Shown piece by piece: positions 38,865 to 48,134 of a DNA stretch of 64,000 bases. The notes beneath the pieces are model-generated. The model ran no database searches. It was not told the DNA's origin and worked only from the letters and a program-made list of their open reading frames with translations. The position numbers and the translations under genes are program-made. The DNA lies in NCBI GenBank assembly GCA_963828525.1, contig CAWHEP010000001.1, positions 128,001 to 192,000 of the forward strand, read 5' to 3'. Source of the stretch: an uncultured Verrucomicrobiae bacterium (GTDB lineage Bacteria; Verrucomicrobiota; Verrucomicrobiia; Chthoniobacterales; Chthoniobacteraceae). Position 1 is the stretch's first letter. The number at the start of each line of letters is the position of its first letter.

Positions 38865-39548
38865 ATGGAGACCGTGCTGATCATCGAAGACGACCTGGCG
38901 CTCATGCGTGGTTTGAAGGACAACTTCGAGTTTGAAGGGTATAAAGTGAAGACTGCTGTAGATGGAGCACAGGGGCTTCAGGACGCGCTGAAACTCAGCC
39001 CCGACCTCATTGTTCTGGACCTCATGCTTCCAGGCATTAACGGCTACGAGATTTGCCGATTTCTCCGCGAAGAGAAGATGGATATGCCCATCATCATGCT
39101 GACCGCGAAGGGCCAGGAGTCCGATATCGTCTTGGGATTAAAGCTGGGCGCGGACGATTACGTGACGAAGCCTTTCAGCATCAAAGAGCTGCTGGCCCGG
39201 AGTGGAGCGTTTCTGCGCCGGCGCCGCGAGAAGGAGCCGGTCTCCTTCCGCTTTGGTGACTGTCACCTGGACGTCGCGGCGCGCTCTCTCACGCGCGCGG
39301 GCCGTGAAATCAAACTCTCCCCAAAGGAATTCAATCTGCTGAGATATTTGCTGGGCAAAGCGGGGCAGGCGGCGAGCCGCGACCAGATCATGAATACCGT
39401 ATGGGGCTACGACTGCGTGGTTACTCATCGCAGCATCGACCGCTTTGTAAATGCGCTCAGGAACAAGATTGAGCCTGACCCCGCCCATCCCATATATCTC
39501 CAGACAGTAAGGGAATTTGGCTACAAACTCGTTATCCCGGCGGCCTGA
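38865..39548 (+). CDS. OmpR/PhoB-family response regulator
   Basis: IEDD, LDLMLP, GADDYVTKPF and a winged-helix C-terminus. Confidence 0.93.
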   Translation: METVLIIEDDLALMRGLKDNFEFEGYKVKTAVDGAQGLQDALKLSPDLIVLDLMLPGINGYEICRFLREEKMDMPIIMLTAKGQESDIVLGLKLGADDYVTKPFSIKELLARSGAFLRRRREKEPVSFRFGDCHLDVAARSLTRAGREIKLSPKEFNLLRYLLGKAGQAASRDQIMNTVWGYDCVVTHRSIDRFVNALRNKIEPDPAHPIYLQTVREFGYKLVIPAA

Positions 39549-40015
39549 AGGGAATCTCCGCGCAAAAATCTTTCAAGACGTGACAGAAAATCCTGCTCCG
39601 CGGCGATTATTTTCCGGCGGGCCTCGGGGAGGCTAAAGAAAGCTGCCTTGTCGATCTCCGGGAAGGTCTTGCGCCGCCCGGACTTGGGCGGCCACTCGAT
39701 TTCGAAGGTGTTGCTCCGCAAGTTTGCTGGATCGCAGGTTCCCTCAAAGGCCCAGGCATGCACAACCTTGCCTGACTTGTTTCGAACGTTGCCTAACGCG
39801 CGGTAGGGTTCTCTTGGTTTGAACCCTGTCTCCTCCCGAAACTCCCGGATTCCTGCCTCCAGTAGATCTTCGCCATCTTCCACCTGTCCGCGCGGGATTG
39901 TCCACGCGCCCTCATCCTTCCGCTGCCAGAAAGGGCCACCCATATGCGCGAGCAAAACCTCCGGTCCGCCTGCGGCGATCCGATACATTAGAAGCCCGGC
40001 GCTTACCCTTTGCAC
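39521..40015 (-). CDS. NUDIX hydrolase
   Basis: SAGLL, HMGGPFW, REFREETG, EWPPKSG, FPEID. Confidence 0.88.
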   Translation of the reverse strand: MQRVSAGLLMYRIAAGGPEVLLAHMGGPFWQRKDEGAWTIPRGQVEDGEDLLEAGIREFREETGFKPREPYRALGNVRNKSGKVVHAWAFEGTCDPANLRSNTFEIEWPPKSGRRKTFPEIDKAAFFSLPEARRKIIAAEQDFLSRLERFLRGDSLQAAGITSL

Positions 40016-40154
40016 CGAACCAGTTTAGACGGCGCGTTTCGATCAATCAACTCGCGCCCTTCGCCGACGAATCGTGCTTTGTGCCCGGTGGTATTTCACC
40101 AATCCATTCAGCTTTCCCAGTCGTAATGATCGAGTGGCTTAACAACTGCGCCCG

Positions 40155-41537
40155 ATGAGAATTGCGATCCACTGGTTTCGCCGCGACCTGCGGCTGGCGG
40201 ACAACACCGCCCTTGCGGCAGCCGTTTCCAACTATGATCTGGTGATCCCGGCTTACATCCTGAGCGATTGGCAGGGATCGCACGGTTGGACGGGTTCGCC
40301 CCGGCAGGAGTTTCTGTGCCGTTGCCTGGCCGCGCTGGAGACTGATATCAGAACAAAAGGCGGGCAGCTTATCTTCCGACGGGGAGATGCGGATGTTGCG
40401 CTGGCTCAACTCATCGAAGACTCCGGGGCTGTCGCCCTCAGTTTCAACCGGGATCCCGACCCGTTTGGGCGGGAGATGGAAGTGAAAGTAACCCGCATGT
40501 CGGAGGCGCGGGGATGCAAGGTTCACTCCTGCAAGGACGTAGCCATTCACGAGCGGGATGAAGTCCTGACCGGAGGCGGAACGCCATTCCGCGTTTTTTC
40601 TCCCTATGCCCGGGCGTGGATTAAACTGGAGAAACCGTCGGTCACTGAACCTGTGGCAAGTTTCCGGCTGGCGCCCGGACTTCAGACACTCCCCGCGCCA
40701 ACCCTATCCACATGGGGCTTGGAGCAGACCGCGACGATCATTGACGGAGGAGAAGCCGCCGCGCGGAAGCGGCTGGAAAGCTTCCTCTCCGAACCAATCT
40801 TACGTTACGCCGCCTGCCGAAACACACCTCACGAGGCCGGCACTTCGCGACTTTCGGCTGATCTGCGCTTTGGCACTCTCTCTCCGCGCGAGATCCATGC
40901 CCGATGCCTTGATCTCGCCGAACAAGGCCCCGCTGAACATCGCAAAAGCGCGCTCATTTATATTAATGAACTGATCTGGCGCGAGTTTTACATGCAGATC
41001 CTCTGGCACTACCCAGATGTGCTGGAGACCGGATTCAATGCGAAGTATCGGGAACTTGATTGGGCCGAACCCGGCGAGGCTTTCACTCGGTGGAGCGAGG
41101 GCGAGACTGGATTCCCCATAGTGGATGCTGCCATGCGGCAGCTAAACCAGACGGGTTTCATGCATAACCGTCTGCGCATGATAACCGCGATGTTCCTGAC
41201 CAAAGATCTGCATGTCTCGTGGCGCGCGGGTGAGCAGTATTTCATGCAAAAACTGATTGATGGCGACATCGCAAGCAACAATGGGGGCTGGCAATGGAGC
41301 GCCGGGACGGGGGCGGATGCGGCGCCTTACTTCCGCATCCAGAATCCATGGACACAGACCAGACGGTATGACCCCGAAGGCGAGTTCATCAGGCATTGGA
41401 TTCCTGAACTGCGGGACATTGATGCGGCGCGGCTCATGCAGCCGCCGGAAGATCAGACAAGCATCGCGAAGGGCTACCCCGCGCCCATGGTAGATCACGC
41501 GATTGAACGGGTCGTCACGCTGAGGATGTTCTCATAG
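40155..41537 (+). CDS. phr: Deoxyribodipyrimidine (CPD) photolyase
   Basis: WFRRDLRLADN, TSRLS, ELIWREFY, TGFPIVDAAMRQL, MHNRLRM, SNNGGWQW. Confidence 0.92.
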   Translation: MRIAIHWFRRDLRLADNTALAAAVSNYDLVIPAYILSDWQGSHGWTGSPRQEFLCRCLAALETDIRTKGGQLIFRRGDADVALAQLIEDSGAVALSFNRDPDPFGREMEVKVTRMSEARGCKVHSCKDVAIHERDEVLTGGGTPFRVFSPYARAWIKLEKPSVTEPVASFRLAPGLQTLPAPTLSTWGLEQTATIIDGGEAAARKRLESFLSEPILRYAACRNTPHEAGTSRLSADLRFGTLSPREIHARCLDLAEQGPAEHRKSALIYINELIWREFYMQILWHYPDVLETGFNAKYRELDWAEPGEAFTRWSEGETGFPIVDAAMRQLNQTGFMHNRLRMITAMFLTKDLHVSWRAGEQYFMQKLIDGDIASNNGGWQWSAGTGADAAPYFRIQNPWTQTRRYDPEGEFIRHWIPELRDIDAARLMQPPEDQTSIAKGYPAPMVDHAIERVVTLRMFS

Positions 41538-41548
41538 CCGTTCTCGTT

Positions 41549-42535
41549 TCACTCAAATCCTCCGACTCCCGCGAACACCCCTTTCGCCATAGTTACGACC
41601 TCGTAACCGATATACAGCGCGATCACCAGGAAAAGCAGCTTCGGCAGCCAATCGGTGACGATCTCCATCCGCGTGAACGCTTCCTTCTGGAACTCCTCTG
41701 TGAGCCTGCGCAGTTCTTGATCCAGCTTGCCCGTCTCTTCCCCGAGGCGCAACGCCCGCGTCATTTTCTGCGGAAATATGCCGGTTTTTACAAGAAGCGG
41801 GCTCACCTGTTCACCCATCCTGATCTTTGGCAGAATCTTGCGCGCGGCCCGCAGCACCAACGCGCTCTGGCTGGCGGCGGCGGCATGGGACAACCCATCC
41901 ATCACATTCACCCCGGCTTGCGTCTGCATCTCGTAGGTCGCGCAGAACCGGCCGAGAGCAAAGGCTCGCCGGATTCGGCCAAAGACCGGAACTGCGCGCA
42001 ACAGCGCGTCGGAAAGAACATTTGTCCGCGCCATCCTGACAAGCGTGTAAATGCATGCGAAAAGAAAAAAAGCCGAGCTGTATGCCAGCGCAAAGTCATA
42101 GCCAACAAGCTTTAGGTAAGCCGAGAGCCCCTTCCCCACGACCACTTCCTTGATGGGCAATATCAACACCGCGAAATGAAACTGGAAAAGCGGGTACGCC
42201 ACCTTCTGAAGGATCACCGAACGCGACCGCCCCAGTACACCGAAATATTCCGAGAGATAGTGACACCCCTGCTCAAGCCGTCCGCTGCGGTCGCAGGCCG
42301 CCATGATGCTGGCTTCCATCTCGCTTACTCCTGGCCGCTGTTTTGCGAAGCATTCGGCGACCGAGTCGCCCCGGATGGCGGAGGCGCGCAGCCCTTCGGA
42401 CAATCGCTTTAAACTTCCGCCCGTATCCACCGTCAGTGTGGACATGGCGGCGGGGAACGCGATCCCGGAGCGCAGAAGTTGCTCGAGGTCGTGGTAGAAC
42501 TGCTGTCTTTGGGAAAGGCTAAGAGCCACAAACAA
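41549..42535 (-). CDS. Type II secretion/T4P inner membrane platform protein (GspF/PilC family)
   Basis: Two T2SSF repeats (LLRSGI...SGRLE; AGV...GEETGKLD) and YP. Confidence 0.8.
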   Translation of the reverse strand: MFVALSLSQRQQFYHDLEQLLRSGIAFPAAMSTLTVDTGGSLKRLSEGLRASAIRGDSVAECFAKQRPGVSEMEASIMAACDRSGRLEQGCHYLSEYFGVLGRSRSVILQKVAYPLFQFHFAVLILPIKEVVVGKGLSAYLKLVGYDFALAYSSAFFLFACIYTLVRMARTNVLSDALLRAVPVFGRIRRAFALGRFCATYEMQTQAGVNVMDGLSHAAAASQSALVLRAARKILPKIRMGEQVSPLLVKTGIFPQKMTRALRLGEETGKLDQELRRLTEEFQKEAFTRMEIVTDWLPKLLFLVIALYIGYEVVTMAKGVFAGVGGFE

Positions 42536-42588
42536 ACGGAGCCAGGGGTTTCACAAATCCGGAATTTGGCTCAGAATAGCCTGAAAAC

Positions 42589-43620
42589 ATGAGTCTGCGA
42601 AGCAGCGTCGATGAAAAGTTCATGCGTGCCGCCCTGCTGGAAGCGGCGAAGGGGGTAGGCCGCGCGAGCCCGAACCCTGCTGTGGGAGCCGTGGTTGTCT
42701 CCGGCGCGCGGATCATTGGGCGGGGCTTCCACCGCGGAGCCGGTTTTCCGCATGCGGAGATTGAAGCGCTCGGCAGCTTGAAGAGTCGCGCTGCGGCAGG
42801 GACGACGCTTTACGTCACACTCGAACCTTGCTCGACGTGGGGACGCACACCGCCATGTGTGGACGCAATCGTTGCGGCTGGGGTTGCAAAAGTTGTCTTC
42901 GGCGCGATTGATCCCAACCCGGCGCATTCGAGGCGCGCCGCGAAAATTCTAAGGGAGGCTGGCGTCCGCGTTCAATCAGGGGTGCTTGCCGGCGAGTGCC
43001 GGCTGCTAAACCCGTGGTTCGAAAAATGGATTACAACCGGCGTGCCCTGGGTGATCGCAAAGGCAGGGATGTCGCTGGACGCCCGTCTCACCCGGCGCCC
43101 GGGTGAGGGCCAGTGGATCACCAGCCCAGTCGCGCGGGCCGTGGCTCACGAGCTTCGCGCCACTGTAGACGCCATCCTTATAGGCGGCGGGACGTTGAGA
43201 GCCGACAATCCACGCCTCACCACGCGAGGCATTCCCGGGGCTTCCCAGCCGTGGCGCGTTGTTGTATCGCGCAGCGGAGTGGTGCCTCGGAATGCCCACC
43301 TCTTCACGGATGAGTTTGCGGAACGCACGCTCCTTTATACTGGCAGGTCTCTGCGTTCCGTGTTGCGCGATCTCGGCAGGCGCCAGATCACCTCCGTTCT
43401 CATTGAGGGTGGCAGCCGGCTGCTTGGCGAAGCGTTCGACAGGCAACTCGTGGATCGAGCGCATTTTTTTGTGGCTCCTCTTCTTCTCGGCGGCCCGGCG
43501 CCCGTAATAGGCGGGCTGGGCGTTGCCGCTTCATCTGCCGCCCCCCGCATCATTGATCCTGTCTATCAGCGTTTGGGAGATGAGTTGCATCTCTCCGGCA
43601 ACGTCACTTTCAAGAGTTGA
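42589..43620 (+). CDS. ribD: Riboflavin biosynthesis deaminase/reductase
   Basis: PNPAVG, HAE, TLEPC...TPPC, SLD, DNP.L, IEGG. Confidence 0.94.
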   Translation: MSLRSSVDEKFMRAALLEAAKGVGRASPNPAVGAVVVSGARIIGRGFHRGAGFPHAEIEALGSLKSRAAAGTTLYVTLEPCSTWGRTPPCVDAIVAAGVAKVVFGAIDPNPAHSRRAAKILREAGVRVQSGVLAGECRLLNPWFEKWITTGVPWVIAKAGMSLDARLTRRPGEGQWITSPVARAVAHELRATVDAILIGGGTLRADNPRLTTRGIPGASQPWRVVVSRSGVVPRNAHLFTDEFAERTLLYTGRSLRSVLRDLGRRQITSVLIEGGSRLLGEAFDRQLVDRAHFFVAPLLLGGPAPVIGGLGVAASSAAPRIIDPVYQRLGDELHLSGNVTFKS

Positions 43621-43635
43621 GTATTTCTGATGCCG

Positions 43636-43666
43636 CTTTGCGTTCCATGCGTTCTGTGTGGTTAAA
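43636..43666. repeat. Short 9-nt-period REP-like half element
   Basis: CTT-TGCGTTCCA-TGCGTTCTG-TGTGGTTAAA. Resembles the TTTAACC(A/G)CA-GAACGCA-type extragenic repeats I recall from PVC genomes; single copy here. Confidence 0.35.
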
Positions 43667-43705
43667 TCCCTTCCTTATCCATTCTCGAGAGACACACGCG
43701 GTCAC

Positions 43706-44437
43706 ATGCCATTAACGGACACCTCTTCCTCAGAGCGCGCGACGCCTGCCTGTGTGTCGGTCGTCATGCCGGTCTACAATGAAGCCCCCACCGTGGCCGC
43801 TGTTGTCGATGGCGTTTTCGCGCAACGATGCGTTCAGGAACTCATTGTGGTGGATGACTGCTCAAGCGACGACTCTTATTCGATCCTGCGACAACTTGCC
43901 CTCAAGGAGCCTCGGTTAAAAATCTTTCGTCACCAAGTCAATGAAGGCAAGGGCGCCGCCCTGCGCACAGGGCTGGGGCATGCGGTGGCGTCGATTGTTC
44001 TGATCCAGGATGCCGATCTTGAGTATGACCCCGCCGACTACCCTGCTCTCATAGGCCCGATCCTCACCAACAAAGCGGATGTTGTCTTTGGCTCCCGCTT
44101 CCTTGGCTCCGGCTCCCACCGTGTCCTCTATTACTGGCATTTCCTCGGGAATCTTTTCCTGACCATGCTGTCCAATATGGCGACCAACCTGAACCTCTCC
44201 GACATGGAAACCTGCTACAAAGTTTTTAGGCGCGAGATCATCCAGAAGATTACAATCGAGGAAAGCCGCTTTGGCTTTGAACCCGAAATCACCGCCAAGG
44301 TCGCGCGCCTCGGCGCTCGCATTTACGAGGTCCCTATCTCCTATCACGGACGCACCTTCGCCGAGGGCAAGAAGGTAAACTGGCGCGACGGCATCAGCGC
44401 CCTTCGATGTCTCATAAAGTACAATTTTCTTCAATGA
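43706..44437 (+). CDS. GT2 glycosyltransferase (DPM1-like)
   Basis: VVMPVYNE, VDDCS, GKGAA, QDADLEYDP, DMETCYK, FGFEPE. Confidence 0.9.
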   Translation: MPLTDTSSSERATPACVSVVMPVYNEAPTVAAVVDGVFAQRCVQELIVVDDCSSDDSYSILRQLALKEPRLKIFRHQVNEGKGAALRTGLGHAVASIVLIQDADLEYDPADYPALIGPILTNKADVVFGSRFLGSGSHRVLYYWHFLGNLFLTMLSNMATNLNLSDMETCYKVFRREIIQKITIEESRFGFEPEITAKVARLGARIYEVPISYHGRTFAEGKKVNWRDGISALRCLIKYNFLQ

Positions 44438-44546
44438 GCGCGAGGACGCGCCGAGGGAATGATACCGAGTGTTTCGCCCGCGGGTCGCGCCCTGTTCCGG
44501 AAGTAATTGGACTTCGCTCTGCTGTGATATACCGTCACAACTAGCG

Positions 44547-44954
44547 ATGTCTGCCTTGAAAACACGCGCCTTCGGCATTTTCTGCGTTCTTAGTTGGTTT
44601 CTAGCGAGCAACCATTGCGCGGTCGCGGGAATAGCGCGCTTTCTCGATGGGAACTCGATGAGAGGCGGAACTTGCTCGGAATGCGCGGCGAAGGCTCAAA
44701 GCAAGTCTGCTTCTTCGAGGCCTAAGGATTGCTGCAGGAACTTGAAAGTGACTGCGGGAATCGTAAAGCATTTCCAAGCCAGGGCTGCCCTGCTTCTGGA
44801 TGTGCCTGCCTTTCCGCTCGCTGATTGCGTTTCTACTTCCTCTCAGTCAGCGGGAGGCCGAGCTACTGCCACGGGGCCGCCTGGTCCGTATTCGCTCTCG
44901 GAAATCTTCCTGCAAGGGAGCCTGCTTGCGCATGCTCCTCCATCGCTCGCGTAG
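44547..44954 (+). CDS. Cys-rich leader ORF of the copper operon (DUF2946/CruR-like)
   Basis: Hydrophobic N-terminus, NHC, CSEC, DCC, C-terminal ATGPP...LLAHAPPSLA; first gene of a Cu cluster. Confidence 0.55.
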   Translation: MSALKTRAFGIFCVLSWFLASNHCAVAGIARFLDGNSMRGGTCSECAAKAQSKSASSRPKDCCRNLKVTAGIVKHFQARAALLLDVPAFPLADCVSTSSQSAGGRATATGPPGPYSLSEIFLQGSLLAHAPPSLA

Positions 44955-45080
44955 AGTCTGACTGACCATCCGCCACGGCGGCTTGTCACTCTTCTCTCTC
45001 CCGGCGGTACTCCATTCTGCTTCGCCGATCCGGCAACTCGCATCTATTCCGAACGCCTGCGCGCGCACCTCTCATATCAC

Positions 45081-45398
45081 ATGTTATACTTAGTCCGCTC
45101 ATTTCTTGCCGCCTCCTTGTTGATCGCTGGCTGCGCCTCCCAGACGCCCGCGCCGGTGACGGTGGACAATCCCGCCATCCCGGATGCCCCACCTGGCAAA
45201 ATCACCTTCCCTCGCGCCACGTTGCGAGCAGACGCCCTGACTCTGGAAACTCGCAAGCTGCTCTCCGCAGCCGTGAGAGACCAGAAGGAGTGGAACAAGC
45301 ATGGGCCTGCCTCTGGAGCACCGGAAGAGCGAAACGCGCCGGCAACGACGAACGCGATGCAAGGCATGAGCGCCGAAGAAATGAAGGGGATGAAATAA
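45081..45398 (+). CDS. Small lipoprotein with Met-rich C-terminus
   Basis: Lipobox IAGC, AMQGMSAEEMKGMK; TAATG overlap with the next gene. Confidence 0.65.
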   Translation: MLYLVRSFLAASLLIAGCASQTPAPVTVDNPAIPDAPPGKITFPRATLRADALTLETRKLLSAAVRDQKEWNKHGPASGAPEERNAPATTNAMQGMSAEEMKGMK

Positions 45399-46837
45399 TG
45401 CGCGCCTTCCTGCTACTCGCGACTCTCGCGGCAATTCCGGTGCTGCTTTATTCGACGGACGCGCTCGCCGCGGAGAGGGAGAAACCTTTTGTACCCGTCG
45501 CTAACTTATTGAAAGAACGCGCCGGAGCGCTTGTGAGATGGCAGCAAGACGGGGCCGCGCGAATGGAGAGTTTGCAGAACATCCGGGCGCTTCTGGCGCT
45601 TCCGCTCACCGCGAGTACCGCCACTCGAATAGCGCTGCTCAATAATCGCGATCTCTTGGCGACGTATGAGGAGATCGGCATCTCCGCGGCGGATCTGCGC
45701 GAGGCGGGCTTATGGAAAAATCCCCGCTTCGATTTGGTGCTGCGCTTTCCAGATCGGCCCCCCTCCGCGGTCGATTCCGAAGAATCCCTTGTATTTAACT
45801 TTCTGGATCTTCTGATGCTGCCAATGAGAAAGCGGGTGGCAGCGGATCATCTCGCCGCGGTGCAACTACGCGTCGCGGATGAGGCTCTGAAGCTGGTGGC
45901 GGAAGTGAAAAGCGCGATCTATACTCTGCAAGCTGGCGAGCAGCTCCTCGGGCGGCTAAAAACGCTGCAGGAAGCCAGCGGCGCTGCGCTTGAACTCGCG
46001 CAGGACCAGCACAAAGCTGGCAACATTGCCGATCTGACGCTGCTTGAACAGCAGACGGTCTACAGCCAATCGCGCCTCGATGTGGCGATGGCGGACGCGG
46101 AACTGCGAGCGAACCGTGAGAAAATCAATCGTTTGCTTGGCTTATGGGGCGAGCAAACGGGCTGGAAGGTCAGCGAGTCCCTTCCAGCCATGCCGCCCAG
46201 CGATCCACCTCTTCGCGGTCTGGAGTCGCTTGCCATCTTACAGCGACTCGATCTCTCCGCCGCCAGGTCTGAATTGGCGGGCATCGTCCGAGGTCTTGGC
46301 TTGGTAAAAGCCTACCGCCTTTTCGGCGCGCTCGACGTTGGTGGAGATACCGAACATAACCCCGACCGCAGCCGCGTTACTGGCCCCACCCTTGGCGTTG
46401 AACTGCCCATTTTTAACCAGGGCCAGGCTCGCCTCGCGAGAGGCGAAGCGGCGTTGCGGGCCGCTGAGTGGAAATATGAAGGCCTTGCCATTGAGATTCG
46501 CTCCGAAGCGCGCGAGCTCTCGGAGCGTCTCGCTGGCAACCGCGAGATGGCCGCGTTCTACCACGATGACCTTCTCCCGGGCAGGTGGGCCATAGTAAAC
46601 CAGACACAGCTTAGCTTCAACGGGATGCTTGTCGGTAACTACGTTCTATTTGAAGCGAAAGCGGACGAATTACGAGCCGAGCGCGGTTACATAGAGTCGT
46701 TGAGAGATTACTGGATCACTCGCGCCGAGTTGGAGCGCGCCGTGGGAGGCAGCTTTACGTCTCATGCAATCTCGCCCGTAAAGGAAGTCAGCCCGCGCTC
46801 ATCAAAGTCCAAACAACTAAAACACAACCAACCATGA
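45398..46837 (+). CDS. TolC-family outer membrane protein (copper resistance associated)
   Basis: ALLNN, NP, ELPIFNQGQ, DYW..RAELERAVGG. Confidence 0.85.
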   Translation: MRAFLLLATLAAIPVLLYSTDALAAEREKPFVPVANLLKERAGALVRWQQDGAARMESLQNIRALLALPLTASTATRIALLNNRDLLATYEEIGISAADLREAGLWKNPRFDLVLRFPDRPPSAVDSEESLVFNFLDLLMLPMRKRVAADHLAAVQLRVADEALKLVAEVKSAIYTLQAGEQLLGRLKTLQEASGAALELAQDQHKAGNIADLTLLEQQTVYSQSRLDVAMADAELRANREKINRLLGLWGEQTGWKVSESLPAMPPSDPPLRGLESLAILQRLDLSAARSELAGIVRGLGLVKAYRLFGALDVGGDTEHNPDRSRVTGPTLGVELPIFNQGQARLARGEAALRAAEWKYEGLAIEIRSEARELSERLAGNREMAAFYHDDLLPGRWAIVNQTQLSFNGMLVGNYVLFEAKADELRAERGYIESLRDYWITRAELERAVGGSFTSHAISPVKEVSPRSSKSKQLKHNQP

Positions 46838-48134
46838 TTACACGTCGTGAGCTTTTTACTGGAGCCGCCGCTCTGGCGAGCGCTGCGCTGCTGGAGCGGA
46901 CGGCCCGCGGGGCGGAAACCGTTTCCGCGATGAATCGTCCGGAAGCAGCGCCACTTCCAGGCGAGGGTGATGATTATCAACAAGTGATCACCCCAAATAA
47001 CGTGTCGCTTTCCTATAAGATGGTTGATGGGTGGAAAGTATTCCACCTTATTACCGAGGAGGTTCCCGACCATGAATTCGCGCCCGGTCTAAAGGCGCAT
47101 TGTTGGGGAATAAACGGGCGTGCCCACGGCCCAACCATCGAGGCAGTTGAAGGGGATCGCGTCCGGATCTATGTGACCAACAAACTGCCGGAGCCAACCG
47201 CGATGCATTGGCACGGTATCCTTGTGCCGAACGGCATGGATGGCATTGCCGGACTAACACAGAAGTTTATTGGTACAGGCGAGACCTTCAAATACGAGTT
47301 CACTCTGCGACAGCACGGCACATTCATGTACCACTCGCACTACGACGAGATGACACAGATGGGGCTGGGTCTCATGGGAATGTTCATCATCCATGAACGC
47401 AATCCCACGCGGCGTCCCGACCGGGATTTCGCCTATATGCTCAGTGAGTGGTCTATCAAGCCTGGCACCATGCGTCCTGATCCAAGCGAGATGGTGGACT
47501 TCAATGTGCTTACCCTGAACGCGCGGAGCTACCCTGGCACCGCGCCGATGGTTGTGAAGAAGGGCGACTTGGTTCGCATCCGCATCGGCAATCTTGGCGC
47601 GATGGATCACCATCCGATTCATTTGCATGGATACTATTTCAGAACTGTCGCCACGGACGGTGGAGATATTCCTGAATCAGCGCAATGGCCCGAGACAACA
47701 GTGCTCGTCGCCGTGGGGAGCACCCGAACCATTGAGTTTGTCGCGGATAACCCCGGCGATTGGTCATTTCACTGTCACATGACGCACCATACAATGACGC
47801 AGATGGGTCACGGCCTTCCAAACCTGATTGGCATCGACAGAGGCCAGCTCGATAAAAAGGTTCGGACCTTCCTGCCGGGTTACATGACAATGGGTGAGGA
47901 AGGCATGGGAGGAATGGGTGACATGGGCATGAGTGTTCCTCGCAACAGCCTGCCGATGGTCGGTGGCCCGGGTCCTCACGGCTACATCGACATGGGCGGC
48001 ATGTTCACCATTTTGAAAGTGCGCGAGAACTTGACCAGCTACGAAGATCCCGGGTGGTACCAGGCGCCCCGGGTACGCAAGCTGAACTCGCAAAGAGCGA
48101 AGACTTGCAACGAGACTTGGGGTTTTCTCAATGA
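46834..48134 (+). CDS. Tat-exported multicopper oxidase (C-terminal frameshift near 48069)
   Basis: TRRELF Tat motif, [23 protein letters not shown], Met-rich tail. One extra C gives ...[23 protein letters not shown] ending at 48134 with an ATGA overlap to the ATPase. Confidence 0.88.
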
